From Amoebidium appalachense (taxonomy: Eukaryota; Protista; Ichthyosporea), in the NCBI GenBank assembly GCA_963693365.1, contig CAVNZM010000005.1:3182202-3246201 (forward strand): a stretch of 64,000 nt of DNA, in the 5' to 3' direction. The notes below the pieces were generated by a model that saw only the letters and a list, made by a program, of their open reading frames with translations, did no database searches and was not told the origin of the DNA. Both the position numbers and the translations under genes were made by a program. This document shows positions 29,607-48,619 of this stretch, one piece after another. Every line of letters begins with the position of its first letter. Position 1 is the first letter of the stretch.

Positions 29607-30202
29607 GGGGGGGGGGGGGGGGCATTCCCTTGGCATTTCTTCCCAAGACTTTTTGTTTTTTTTTCTTTGGCCGGCATGTTCGGAGATATTAGGGATTCGT
29701 GACTTATACCCATCCCCCTATACCCACATGCAGAATGGGCACCTCAAGTGACGATGCAACTTCCCCTCGTGGCTCAAGATTTCAGCGCGAAAAGACCCCA
29801 CCATTTTCTGAGAGAGCAGGATCCCTAGAAACCGTTTCCTCGTGGGCGTCGGATCACACATCTACCTCCTCTCCTGATGTTCTAACGAAGAAACCCAATA
29901 AAACCTCTGCAAAATTCGGCAAGATGGAATCTACGGGGTCAACCAGCGGGCCCCCTGCCATTCCTCCCAAAACGACAAGTTACCAGCGCCCCCACACACC
30001 TGCCTATGATGAAAACTTAAACGAAAACGATGAAATTTCGCAAAATCAAAATTTTGAACGGGGTACTACGAAGTTTAACTCTGTGGGGCGCTGGACAACA
30101 AAAAGCGGCAAGAGTAAAGATAGAAGACCTACCGTCTTAGGAGTCTCGGGGGAAAGTATTAATGTGTCTGTACCCGGCCATTTGCAGACCAACTATGTGT
30201 AG
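28303..30202 (+). CDS. Type I single-pass membrane protein with very short ectodomain; 142 aa to TGA at 29091-29093, or ~300 aa if the TGA is read through into exon 3
   Basis: Exon 1 28303-28394 (signal peptide MESFLLPCALLALQAVVVTAQ), exon 2 28757-29098 (TM LIFIVTFSVLGGCAVLGTLAILFW then basic KLCWRHKAK), exon 3 29734-30202 (Ser/Thr/Pro-rich). Both introns are GT-AG, phase 2. Confidence 0.7.
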
Positions 30203-30775
30203 CCTAAGTTAAAGTTTAAGGTTTTGCGCTGAAAAGATGTGTTATTTGAAAAAGGGATACAGCTAGTTATTGGGCGAATTGAATGCTGGCGGAGTAAGTT
30301 ACCATATTCATTATACTGGCCTTTCCGTATTTGAACTTCCAAGAGTGGGGTCATGTTTGCAAATATGAAGTCATTGCCAGCTTTATCATTTTCATTTCAA
30401 AATTAAAACGATATGATGGCTGCAATGTACTAGTGATATGTGGATCCTGAATATACATATCTTGGATAAAGTATTTCGGGATGATCTTTTTTTGGTGCCT
30501 GCTGTCAGTGTGTATATATATATATATTCACACCTGCCACTACACTACACAGTAACCCAATCTGTCGAAAAATAAACTGTTGTGAACAAACAAACATGAT
30601 GTTTCATTGCACTAAAATCCACGTGGGCCTTGCTTCCCATCAGGTATGTACAGATCACTGCGTGATCAATCCTCACCTTGGCTCTGAAGGACTGATTGCT
30701 TCAGTTACATAGAGATATATAAGCACGGCGGCAGCGCAGCCGCTGTCCGGGAGAGGGGGAGTGGGGGGTGGGGGT

Positions 30776-30816
<41 letters not shown>

Positions 30817-31880
30817 TCCCTCCTTCTACCTCCGGCCCCCTCCCCTCCCCCCTCCATCCCCTCCCCTCAACCTCCCCAGAGGGAACACACAAACCCACAA
30901 CACGTGGCAAGACACCACCACATGTGCAGTGACCAAACGGCACACCAAATTTGATAATAAACCCCCCCCTCCCCCCCCCCCCCCCTCCCCCCCCCCCCCC
31001 CCCTCCCCTTCCCCCCTCCCCCCTTGTCTCTCCAGGCCACATAATTCTGCAATAAGATTTGATCGAATTTTTCATCCACTTCACATTTCCATAAATAGAT
31101 ATCTCCCCACCCCCACCCTCACCCCCCGCCCATCCTTCCCCCCTTCCCTGGCCCCCACCCCTTTCTCCCACGCTTTGGCTCAATTCCGGGTCGTCCCGGG
31201 CTTGAGGAGGATAAAATCAAACCTTGGGTTTGGCGCTTGGCGGTGAGTGTTTGGTTGGTTTTGGGTGGTGGTGGTGGTTGGGTGAGTGGTGATGGGGGAG
31301 GGAGGGGAGGGAGGGGGCATGAAGATAGCAGTAGGCTTCAACTGCCGTGGAGGGCTCCTCCCCCCCCCCCCCCCCTCCCCCCCCCCCCCCCCCCTCCTCC
31401 TCCGGCCCTACCCTCTCCCCCATCGGTTCACCATTCACCGGACCTCATGACTCGCAAGGTGAGGGAGTGAGTCTTCAGACAAAGCTTTTTTTTTTCTTTC
31501 TTTCTTTCTTTTTTTTTTTTTTTTTTTTTTTTTTTGCCGCGCGGAGGGAGGGGGGGGGGGGGGGGGGGGGGACTGAGCTGCCGTCGGGCACAGCAGGAAA
31601 TATTGCCTCAAGGGATTGGATGGAATGTACGGACGGGCTGCCCCATCACAAAGTGACTACCATAGCTGGCTACCGTATACTAGGATACGGCCCTGGGAGC
31701 GAACATTCGTCTTTGGGCTGCCTTTCGAAGGCTTACCCAATGCCGAACATGCAAAAAATAACAAATTAGAAATAAATGAAAAACAAGTAAGCAACTTGCA
31801 ACAAAGTGTGTGTGTGCGCGCACGCACACACACACACACACACACACAAACCACACACACACACACGCACGCGCCCCGGG

Positions 31881-32144
31881 GGGCGGGTTGGTGCAATGGT
31901 AAGATCTCTGCGTGTCAAGCTCAAAGTCTTTTTGTTAAAGTGAGCTGTGCTCACTTTCCCACTAGTGTTGCTGCGGCTAGAACCGTGGGATAAGGCGTAA
32001 CTAAAAATAGTGCCAGTTGGGGTCAATTAGAATCCTGACTTATGAGTGTGCTATACAGTACGATCTGTGTCTAGGCGGAAGACGGTAAGCTCCCCTGAGG
32101 CAGTGCCTCGCCGGGAGTGAAACGGGATAAATAAAATAAAATAA
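31881..32144 (+). mobile_element. SINE-like element with tRNA-like head, structured 3' region and A-rich tail
   Basis: Starts GGGCGGGT-TGGTGCAATGG (Pol III A-box-like; B box degenerate) and ends GGAAGACGGTAAGCTCCC..GGGAGTGAAACGGGATAAATAAAATAAAAT. Alignable with 62070-62357. Confidence 0.55.
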
Positions 32145-32799
32145 AACACACGCACGCGCCCCACACACACGCGCGCGCGCGCACACACACACACACGCAC
32201 ACAGGCACCCCCTCCTCCTCTCCTACCCCTACTCAGGGGGGGTAGGCGGTGGTGGTGGTGATGGGGGGGGGGGGGGGGGGGGGATGGGGAGATGGGAGGA
32301 GAGGGGGGGAGGGGGGGGGGGAGGGGGATGAAAAAAATACTGAGCCGATTAACACAAGTTTTCAGTAAAGAGGAAAATACACCCAGACACCCACACCAAC
32401 CATCACACACTCTTCAAGTTTCTCTCACATTTTCATATGCTTCAGTGTTTGCTCTTGCCAGGATAGCTATTATGTAACTTCATCCCCCCCCCCCACACCC
32501 CACCCGGCCTCCTCCCTCCCACACCACCACCACCATCACCACCCCCCTCCTCCCCCCTTCGCGATCGCCACCCCCCCCCCCCCCCCCTCCCTCCTTCCCC
32601 CCTCCCCCCCCCCCCCCAAAAAAAAAAAAAAAAAAAAAAAAGACAGGGAAGAGGGGCGGAGAGGGGGGGGGGGGGGGGGGGGGGGGGTTATAAAAAAGAA
32701 AGGCCCCCCACTACATGCAACCTTCGGAATGTGCACAGGTATTCTAAGTTTCAGTGTTTGAGTGTGTTTTTCCTCGTTGAATTTGATGTTAAATGGGAG

Positions 32800-32895
32800 A
32801 TTTTTTTATTTTACGGTTTTGTTCCCGGATGGTCCCTCAGGTCCCTCAGAGGAACTACCGGCTTCCACCCAGCACCAACTATATTCTAGCTAGGT
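32800..32895 (-). mobile_element. 3' fragment of the same SINE-like family, inverted
   Basis: Reverse complement reads GGTGCTGGGTGGAAGCCGGTAGTTCCTCTGAGGGACC..CCGGGAACAAAACCGTAAAATAAAAAAA, closely matching 62268-62357. Confidence 0.65.
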
Positions 32896-33651
32896 TGCTA
32901 TGAATGTTTTATGGGAGAACCGGTGGTTGGTTTTATCTCCCACCTCCTAATGTGCCCTGATCCCTCCTTCCTCTCCCTCTCCACCTCCCCCCCCCCCCCC
33001 CCCTCCCCCCTCCCCCCACCCTCCCCCCTGGCCCCCTTCCCTGAGAGCGACCCTTCGTTCCCCCTACAAGAACAAACATACACCGTGAAACATATTAATA
33101 AGTACACATGTACGCAAACACAAACCGTGGCGGCCCCCCCTGGGGGGGGGGGGGGGGGGACTGAGGGGGGAGGAGGGGGGGGGAGGGGGGGGGGGGGGGG
33201 GGGGAAGGGGAAAGGTCCCGGATTGGTTGGTGGGTTGATGAGGTTTTGGCTGCAGGGTGTTTAGGTGGGAGGGGGATGAGGGGTCGCGAGTTTCGGAAGT
33301 GCCCTTGAACGTGGGTGCCACAGGTGGCGGTGGTAGGCCCAGCTGAGGGAAGGGGAGCAGCGCCGATATCCTCAGCGCCCTCCCTCCCCCCCCCCCCCCC
33401 CCCCCCCCCCGTCGTCCCCCGTACCCCATCACTACACCGTCATGATCACTATCTTTAATCAGATCTTTTTCTAGAAAAGGAAGCCGACCACGGGGCCAGA
33501 TAGACAGGGAGTCTCAGGAGGAGGAGGAGATGCTGGTGCATGCATCATGATATGTTCCGCAGAAAATCTCAGAGGCAAAGGTATCAAAAATGGAGGTACG
33601 GTGTAGTAATTATACGGGGCCGGCCGGGGGCTGGGTATGGTGGAGGGGTGG

Positions 33652-33688
<37 letters not shown>

Positions 33689-33827
33689 GGCCTGGGGGGG
33701 GGGAGGGGGGAGGGGAGGAGGTGCGGGGGGCGGGGGAGAGGGGGGGGGGGGGGGGAGGCCCTGGGAGCAGGGAAGGGAGGGGAGGAACGGAGGAGGAGGA
33801 GGAGGAGGGAGAGAGGGAGGAGAGGGA

Positions 33828-34020
<193 letters not shown>

Positions 34021-35251
34021 CACCAGAGCTGAGGAGCCACCCCAGACGGGGCGTCTGGAAGGCGTGCACGGTCACAGGCGTAGGTGACGCGTGTATGTAC
34101 GTATAGGGGGTTTACGCTCTACGTACAGTATTTTTGCGTAATAATCATCCCTCTCATAGAGCGGCAGTGCACGTGTGCGGCACCGTGTGCACGTGTCACG
34201 CCCCCGACACACACGTTTGCATTGCCATAGATCAGCGCTAATATGTACATATCATGCGTGATCTGTTGTGTGGATGGCAGAAGATTGTCCCCCAGCACCC
34301 CCATCACAACCCACTATAAAGAATTTTAAAACCATGTTCAGGTATCTCAGTCTTTACTTGTTACTGAATAACTCGTAAGGTTTTATTGCCTCCTAAGTAT
34401 GCCGTGCATACTTACATATCTCTAGGTTGAATAAATCCAGTCAAAAGAAAAAAATGCTACCTGGCCGCGTGAGTCAGGCTGGCTGCCGCAGTGCCGCCGG
34501 CGCCTGCCCCTACTTGAACGTTAAATAACAATTGAATGATAAAATATATGCAAATAGATACATTCTATTTTCTATTTATAAGTGATATTAAACACCTTTC
34601 AGTTCTATGTCTGTAACCGAATATTCCTTGGATGTTGGCTTGCAAGTTTACACCTAAGAATATATTTTTTTCAATTTTTTGAGTGCTCTGATCTTCGTGT
34701 CACACCCCACACGCCTGAGTTTTAGGGGAACCCAGCGCTGAAGATGGCAACCAATCAACACGCAGTTCGTCATCGAAGGCATTCCGCACAATTAACGTCT
34801 ACCCAATCGGAAGGCTCTAAGACAGGATTACGAAGAGTGATGCAAATTTTAGCTTGGTCCACAATCAGCGTGTGTTCAGTATACTTAAAGAATACGCGGG
34901 GGTCGTTTTGTATAGCATTTATATAGTATAAGCTAGAGGTAATGATTGAATTCTAATTGCTATATGATATCATTTAAAAAGGCATTTTATATTGATTATA
35001 GCTATTGTAATCCCAACATATCCAACTCCGCCGCTTTCATGCAGTGTGAACATTAACGCGAATTGCAAAACTATTTTTGCCCTACTTTCATTCAGTGTAT
35101 ATAAATGATAATGAATGATAATCACACCTATGTGTACATGTTAGCTTGACTCTGACTGTAGTCATTCCTACGGCGCCATAGTTATAAAGACCAAAAACCA
35201 GAGCGTTCTGTGATAATAGTCAAACAGTTCAACGCAAGAAAAATCAACATC

Positions 35252-36469
35252 ATGGCTCTCCTAAAGAGTGTGTTGGCTGCTTCGGTTGTCATATCAACCC
35301 TTTTCGTCGCATGTTCAGAAGCGACTACACACAACACGCACAGAAAAGAGCACGTTACAATCCATTGCCCGCCCCGCTTTCATAATGCTTGCCCGGAGGG
35401 GTATAGGTGCAACCCTGAAACCATAATTTGCGAGAAGCAGGCGCTAGCGAGAAGCGGCCCACACCATTTCAATCTGCCACATCTCTCAGGAGCACGTGCA
35501 CACCACAGTGTTTCCTCTTCACACGTCCAGCCTCACCCAACACCCAGAAACTTTGTCGTTTCGCCCGCAGCGCCTCACCAGACACCAGCCCACTCTCATG
35601 TGCACACGCCATCACATGTCCAAATCGCGTCCAAGCCGACCGAAACACCCAAACCTATGGCTAGAGCCATGCACCTCCAGGCCTCGGGTGAAGCATCGAT
35701 ATCATCACCTGTTCACAACAATGCAGCTAACCCCATTCTACCGAAAGCCGCCGATATCGATGAAATCATCGCGCATTCTCCTTCTTCCGATTCCACCACC
35801 ATCCCCACGTCTACCGCTGCCACACACAAGAAAGAGCCCGCTGCTACTCCCACCGCCGAGATCGTAGGAAGTGGTACATCACACACTGTTGCGATTAGTC
35901 CCAAGTCAGACGAACTTGAGGCCACGCCCATCACAACTACCAGCGGCCTGCCACCTTTGACTCTTGGCTTGATAATTGGAGCAGGTGTGCTCGTTGCCAT
36001 TGCCATTTTCGTTGTTATTTTCATGTGTGTTCGCAGGGAATACGGTAAGAATAATAAGGGGAAAGGAAAGGTCGAAACTTACTCCTACTACGATCAAGAC
36101 AACACCGTTGTCCCAGCCCCAGTTTTCAACCTCGACAAGTTGAACGGGGCCCAGCTTGGCCGCAAGCAGAGCGTGAAGAAGGGTGACTCCGCTAACCGCC
36201 ATGCTATGCACATAGCTGACAAAGATCCAGAGTTCCCCACCTGGAACACATCTGCTTCCTCCTCTTCCTCCAACTCCCCCATCCCAGAGACGCGTGATTA
36301 CATCGTGAAATCATCCGGCCAGTATGTTCAAGTGCAAGTGGCTCCTACGTCTGGCCCCGTAGCGCCACCCATGAGGCCACCCAAGAACCCCAAAACCGTT
36401 GCCTCATACGCATGGGACCCCAACTCAGCCGAATATGCACAGGAGTGTGCTGCATCCGCCACCGTGTAG
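35252..36469 (+). CDS. Type I membrane protein: signal peptide, 4-Cys microdomain, His/Ser/Thr/Pro-rich stalk, TM helix, Tyr/PxxP-bearing tail; intronless, ~405 aa
   Basis: Long non-repetitive ORF from ATG 35252 (MALLKSVLAASVVISTLFVACSEA); CPPRFHNACPEGYRCNPETIIC; TM LTLGLIIGAGVLVAIAIFVVIFMCV followed by RR; tail YSYY, DYIV, PPMRPPK. Confidence 0.85.
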   Translation: MALLKSVLAASVVISTLFVACSEATTHNTHRKEHVTIHCPPRFHNACPEGYRCNPETIICEKQALARSGPHHFNLPHLSGARAHHSVSSSHVQPHPTPRNFVVSPAAPHQTPAHSHVHTPSHVQIASKPTETPKPMARAMHLQASGEASISSPVHNNAANPILPKAADIDEIIAHSPSSDSTTIPTSTAATHKKEPAATPTAEIVGSGTSHTVAISPKSDELEATPITTTSGLPPLTLGLIIGAGVLVAIAIFVVIFMCVRREYGKNNKGKGKVETYSYYDQDNTVVPAPVFNLDKLNGAQLGRKQSVKKGDSANRHAMHIADKDPEFPTWNTSASSSSSNSPIPETRDYIVKSSGQYVQVQVAPTSGPVAPPMRPPKNPKTVASYAWDPNSAEYAQECAASATV

Positions 36470-36521
36470 ATGCTCCTTACATACTCTGATGAGTCAGATT
36501 CATGGGTAGAAACGGGCGGGG

Positions 36522-36571
<50 letters not shown>

Positions 36572-37689
36572 ACGGTTATGCAATTTCTAGAAGGCGTAAA
36601 CTTACTGTGAGCATAATCATGACTCAAAACACACTTGTGCGAGTCATTAGTATCTGCATTCTTAAAGAATATATGTATACTACTTAGCACGGGTAGAAAC
36701 TAAGACTCGGTGCTAGTCTACAGGCACTAAGAAATTATACTATCGTGCCAAACTATGGCCGCCGCGTACCCGATTATGGTATTGGAAAATTTCATCTGAT
36801 GACTATTTTGTATGAGCAAATAAATCTCAAAAGCAATTCAAAGCTTTCTGGTTCCGCGCGGGGTGCAAAGAGTGCCGGTGAATCTTGACCCCCCTCCCCC
36901 TCCCCCCACCTCCCTCCCCCCCCCCCCCCCCTCCCCCCGCCCACACACACACAGACACACACACACACACACACACACATAACTGTCACACACACGCACG
37001 CGCACACACACTCACTCACCCGGCAACCCACTCATTCACTCACACCTATGTGCTCCTGGTTATAATCTCGAAACTCAAGTTTCGCTGCAGATATGTGACC
37101 CTCCTCCTCAACGTTCAATGATTAGCGGTGGCATTCTCAAACTAATTACCAGCTGGGGTTTGGACAAACAAGGTTTAAAGGCGAAACAGATTTCACTTTT
37201 CGAGCATTCACCGGACCGGATAATTCACCGGACTGGTATGATATTTTGCGCAGAAATTGTGCGTGTGTGCAATGTGTGCTGGAGCGGACTGAAATTTAGA
37301 TAATGGGTACTTTGAAATAAGGGTCTAATTATCATAATTTCCAGGAGTTCATAGCCTCCACTATCTTAATTTTAAATTTGCCATGCCATTTTTTCGGCCC
37401 CAGGGAGGAGGAGGAGGGGGAGGGGGAGGACGGGGGAGGGGGAGAGGGGGGAGGGGGAGGTTACGATCAATAAGATTTTACCCATAGTGCACGTGCCATG
37501 CGTGTGCATTACATAACCTATACTCAGAATAAACGTTACATTGGTGAGGCCGAAAACGGCTAGGGCAGTCATTCAAACTTATTTGAACACAAAAAAAGAC
37601 ACCAGTCCAATGATTGGTGGTTTTGGGCCTGCGGGGTCAAGGTGGCTTTTGCATACCGTAATGTGTGTGCATGCCGCACATGAGACTCA

Positions 37690-37727
<38 letters not shown>

Positions 37728-37809
37728 TGTGTGTGCATGCTTGCGCGTGCGCACGCGTGTGCAGGAGTGTGTAGGCCCCGGGGGGGTGGGGGTGGGGTGG
37801 GGGTTGGGG

Positions 37810-37840
<31 letters not shown>

Positions 37841-38125
37841 AAGGATGTGTTGGCTTAAGTTACAGGTTGCTCTTGTGTTGGTTCGTGTGACGTTAAGCGG
37901 GGGGGAGGGAGGAGGGGGGGGGGGGGGGGGGAAGGGGGGGGGGGGGGGGGGGGGGGGAAACGCAAAAAAGACAATATCATGACCCTGCAGCTGGGCCATG
38001 AAGCTCAAATTGACTAATCGGATAGCAAAAAACCAGAAATGCAGTGCCAAATACTACACGGCCCAACTCCTTCTCCCACCTCCTTTCCTCTTCCCTTTAC
38101 AATTCCCAGACATGCAGGCATCCTC

Positions 38126-38157
<32 letters not shown>

Positions 38158-38324
38158 ACCCACCCCCCCCTGGGCCCCTCTCTCCCTCGCAAAAAGCCAC
38201 ACAACATTCCCTCATCCCCCCCACACTGTCAGAGTGCATGCGCACGAACACACAAATATTACACGACACTCTGCACTCTGACAGTGACACATGCACACAC
38301 ACGAGGCGCGGCGCGCGAGCGCAT

Positions 38325-38399
<75 letters not shown>

Positions 38400-38605
38400 C
38401 ACACGCAAACACATGCACACACATGCACACACACACACAATCACTCCTCACAAAAACGTGTAAATGTGTGGCATGTGTTGCATGGTATGTCGAGAGAGGG
38501 GAGGAAGAGGAGAGAAGAGGGGCCACCGGCAGGGCCTGTTTCTTCTTCTTCTTCTTTTTCTCCTTCTTCTTCTTCTTCTTTTTTTTTTGTTTTTTGTTTG
38601 TTTGT

Positions 38606-38641
<36 letters not shown>

Positions 38642-38728
38642 ACAATGAGATACGTACCGGGGCGCGCGGGGCCCCTGGGACGGTGTGTGTTGTTTGTGTG
38701 CGTGTGTGTGTATGTGTGCATGGCAGAA

Positions 38729-38771
<43 letters not shown>

Positions 38772-39173
38772 GGGGGGAGGAGGGCAACAGGAAAACTTTG
38801 AGGAGCCATGCAGCATCACGGTCACAACATGTAAACGTTTGGTTAGGGTTGGACTGAAAAATTAAGCATGTTGCATTCTTGCCAAGTGCAGCAAGGCACT
38901 TGGTACACAACACAATCTCCCCCCCCTTTACCCCCCCCCCCCCCCCCCCCCCCCTCCCCCTGCCGCCGGTTTTCTCAAAGATCCAGGTTTCAAATTGGTA
39001 GGTCCTAGAAAATAATTATTTGAAACAAACAAACAAACAAAAAAAAACTTATTATGAAAAAAGCACCATCATTCAAACTCCCAATAGTTATTCATCCCCT
39101 GTACATGTGCGTGTGTGCGTGTGTGTTTATGTGTGTGTACACGCCCGTGTGTGTGTTTTTTTTTTTTTTTTTT

Positions 39174-39204
<31 letters not shown>

Positions 39205-39778
39205 GGGGGAGGGGGGGAGGGGGGAGTTAAAAGTATCGTGTCTTTGCCAATCATAATGTAGGTATTTATTGCGAGCACCACTCAAAATGAGAAAGTATGT
39301 GTACAGACAGAAAAGAGCACAAATTCACATGTCACACTGAAGCGCAAACATGAAGTACCCAACATATTCTAAAGCCCAGTTGCAGAGGGGGACTTGATCA
39401 TTCTTAGTGAAAGATTCCGTGACTACTGCGTGTGTGAGGTGGTTGTCTTAGGAAGCTAAATGAGTTTGGGTGGAGGTGCAAAGGACCAGTCAATTCATAA
39501 TTCGGTAAATTTTATTACGGCTTACCGTAAGTTACGCTGACCAGCAGCAACACATACATTCATGCCATGCTTGGAGCCAACTTTCGAAAAAAACACACCG
39601 CCAGACCAGCTTACGGTTCATTCGCCAAAACCGAGGTGAAGTCATTTAAAAGACGCGTGCTGAACTGTGTTGAAATATCAGGGCAATCTGGGTAGAGCCT
39701 GTGTGCTCAGCAAAACATTCGATACAGTTAAAAAAAAAATATCTATACACACTATTACTTGCTACAAAGGAACATGCT

Positions 39779-40921
39779 TCAAACCCACAAGCCCAACACT
39801 GCCATGATGACAAATCCAGCGGCACACAGCAGCAGCTTCCAGATGCTGTACTTTCTCTTTCCAGCCAGGCCGGTAGGCAGCAGCTCCACGATGGAAATAA
39901 ACAGGAACGATCCAGCAGACATGGACACAATTATTGCCGTGGCCAGTTGTCCACTTGCACCGGACACAAACCCCGTAGCAGCCCAGCCAATGCCGATGCC
40001 AAGTGGGGTCATAAGTGCGCAGAACACGAGGGCCGCACCAGCATGGAACACGGGTAGGTTTGCATAGAACACAGCCGTGCCCAGCGCGAATCCATCCAAG
40101 GCCTTGTGGCTCAACACAGCAAACGTCATGGACCAGAAACCAGCAGCGTCACTTTCGACACCCACCGACATACCGTCGAAGACGGAATGCAAGGACAGGG
40201 CAAGGAAAAAAATCCATGCCCGGGACACCTGCTTGATGCTGCCCCGTGTGATGGTGATCTCTTCAAGGTCCTCACTCTGGGCGTCAAGGTTCACCGTGTG
40301 GTTGTGATCGTGACCCCCATGGCCACATTCTACGTGAGCTGAATCGACGCTGCACGGCGCAACACTTTCGCGAGTTGAAGAGGGCTTGGCACCGTGTACG
40401 TGTTCAGAAGGACGTGCATGGTCGTGCGCATTGCCGTGGGCATGTGCATGTGCATTGTTGGCCTGTGGTGCGTTCTTCTCCATCCACGCATCCACAAACA
40501 AGCGGTCGACGGCCATCAGAAGCAGTAGCACACCTCCGGCTGAAACGCCGGAAAAGGAAAAGTGTGTATCGGTGCCTTGTGCGGCGAAATACTCGTGGAA
40601 GGTCTCCTGGGACTCTGGAAGCATGTGGCACAGCCCGGCACCGAGAATGACGCCGGCGGAGAAACAGGAGCACAGGCCCATCACCAACGCCGCACGCTTA
40701 GTGTACCGTGTAAGAATCCATGGTAGGAGGGAGCAGGCGAATGTCAGCACGCCAAGCACACAGATAAGAACTATTTTGGCTGTGCGTACTGTAGCAATAT
40801 CATCTGCACTCGAAACTTGGCTGGCTTCCGCTTCGTGACTGTGGTCGTGGTCTGCCTCTTGGGCAATGGCCATTGCGGCCTGTAGAAGGGCTGCACAAGC
40901 TGCTATAATAAAAAATTTCAT
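39779..40921 (-). CDS. ZIP (SLC39/ZRT-IRT-like) zinc/iron permease, intronless, 380 aa
   Basis: Signal peptide, DHDHSH, multiple TM segments, AGVILGAGLCHMLPES, His-rich loop HAHAHGNAHDH..HGGHDHNH, TM4 LSLHSVFDGMSVG, TM5 HKALDGF, MTPLGIGIG, SAGSFLFISIVELLP. Confidence 0.95.
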   Translation of the reverse strand: MKFFIIAACAALLQAAMAIAQEADHDHSHEAEASQVSSADDIATVRTAKIVLICVLGVLTFACSLLPWILTRYTKRAALVMGLCSCFSAGVILGAGLCHMLPESQETFHEYFAAQGTDTHFSFSGVSAGGVLLLLMAVDRLFVDAWMEKNAPQANNAHAHAHGNAHDHARPSEHVHGAKPSSTRESVAPCSVDSAHVECGHGGHDHNHTVNLDAQSEDLEEITITRGSIKQVSRAWIFFLALSLHSVFDGMSVGVESDAAGFWSMTFAVLSHKALDGFALGTAVFYANLPVFHAGAALVFCALMTPLGIGIGWAATGFVSGASGQLATAIIVSMSAGSFLFISIVELLPTGLAGKRKYSIWKLLLCAAGFVIMAVLGLWV

Positions 40922-42204
40922 TCTTGCTACTCTAGCACGCCGTATTTACGGCAAGTGAGTAACATGAAGAGGTTTGCTATACAACCTATATTGCATGTGT
41001 GACAGAACCAACACCTGCGGCTAATTCTGATACTCGACTGTCACCGCCGCGAGAAGATGTGGAGCGTTTTATATGAGGCTGGTACAAAGGACGGCGATGC
41101 TGATTGGTCAAGTGTCGCAATGAATTTCAGCGTTTTTGATTGGCTTGTTTGCGTGATGTCTTGGTATTCCCCCCGGACTACCTGCTGCCCCCGCGAGTGG
41201 GCTTTATACACTTTATCGGATGATTTTCGGGTATTTAAGAATACAGAAAAGCTATACGCTCATGCTAGCATTCACCAATTAGGATAATTTTTGCAATATA
41301 TAGTAGTATTAGAATAATTAAAAAAACCTTTTTATGGGTTACATAATGATAAAATCATAAACACGTGTCTTGATCGTGCACAGCGACGAAGGTTCAGACC
41401 CAACCACTCCAAGATCACACCGATTTATGGAGACTTCACAGCTTCGAAGCCTTCGATTGGATTAAAAGAGGAGGACAAAAGTTGGGCGAAAATTTTGGGG
41501 GGGATGTTCTATATGTGTTCTAGTTACTGCTCAATTTTTTTGGCGATAAAACATTTCTAATTCCTTCTTGCCTGCATTTTTCTATACGTATAGTTATCAC
41601 AGCTATGAAAATAAGCTGTAGCAGCGTCATCTGTCAACCCTGGTACGGGTGCTGTGCCAGCCAATCAATTCCTTGACCCTTGTTTTAATGGGTATCACGC
41701 CCACACAAGTATAGCGCCACGTAAGCCATGCATGCCCTTTTGGGGGTCACTTATACAATCCATTACGGTACCTATCCAGTGCCCACGTGTACAAGCACTA
41801 AGATTTTATGTTCACTAGTCAGCTAGTGGGTTGTACATGTACGCCCATGTCGGCTATATAACCCAATATGCATGTATGCCACCAGGCACCAGAATTTTCA
41901 TGCTTCAGGTATAACGCAAAAGACCTACCAGAAACACTCCTGCTTTCACAGCTGCAGAACTGACAGGATGAGCTCGAGAGATCCCACCAGGGTTCAGGGT
42001 CCGCTTCCAACTTAATTTTGCCAGGCACACAGATCCATGTGGTCATGAATAGTAGTTTTATTTGATGTTTGAAGGTGCTAATATGCATAGGCGGGCAAGC
42101 TTGTGGCTTAAGCGAGGATTTGAGGAGTTTTGTTGGGACGTGTGTACACGTGTGTACATGTTTGTGTGTGTGTGTGTGTGTGTGTGTCACAGGTAAACAG
42201 GTAG

Positions 42205-42247
<43 letters not shown>

Positions 42248-42370
42248 TGTTTGTACATGTGTGTGTGTGTGTCTGTGTGTGCGCGCGTATGTGTGCATGC
42301 GGTGCATATGCATAAAACCACTGCAACTGCAACTAAGTAGTCGTCTTTCAAAAGCCCCCCCCCCCCCCCC

Positions 42371-42403
<33 letters not shown>

Positions 42404-42434
42404 TTCCCCCCCCTTCCCCCCCCCCTCTTCCCCC

Positions 42435-42475
<41 letters not shown>

Positions 42476-42776
42476 AGAAGAAGAAGACGACGACGAAGAA
42501 AAACCAAGAATAAAAAAAAATCCGATACGTACACACATGGAACATATTATATACACATTTGCCTTCAAACTGACAGACAACTAATGATATTCACCCATTC
42601 GTTAGTCCGAAACGGTTTCCTTTAGGGGCTCCTTACGACGGTAGGGAAAAAGGAATACAATACATGGTGTGGTCACAACCACACCCGCTAAACTTCAAAA
42701 GCAAACACAGACGCCGTGAAGTTGAAAACCATTAGATCACTTGAAGCTAAAAGATAATCACTTTCATTGCGGGGGT

Positions 42777-48619
<5,843 letters not shown>

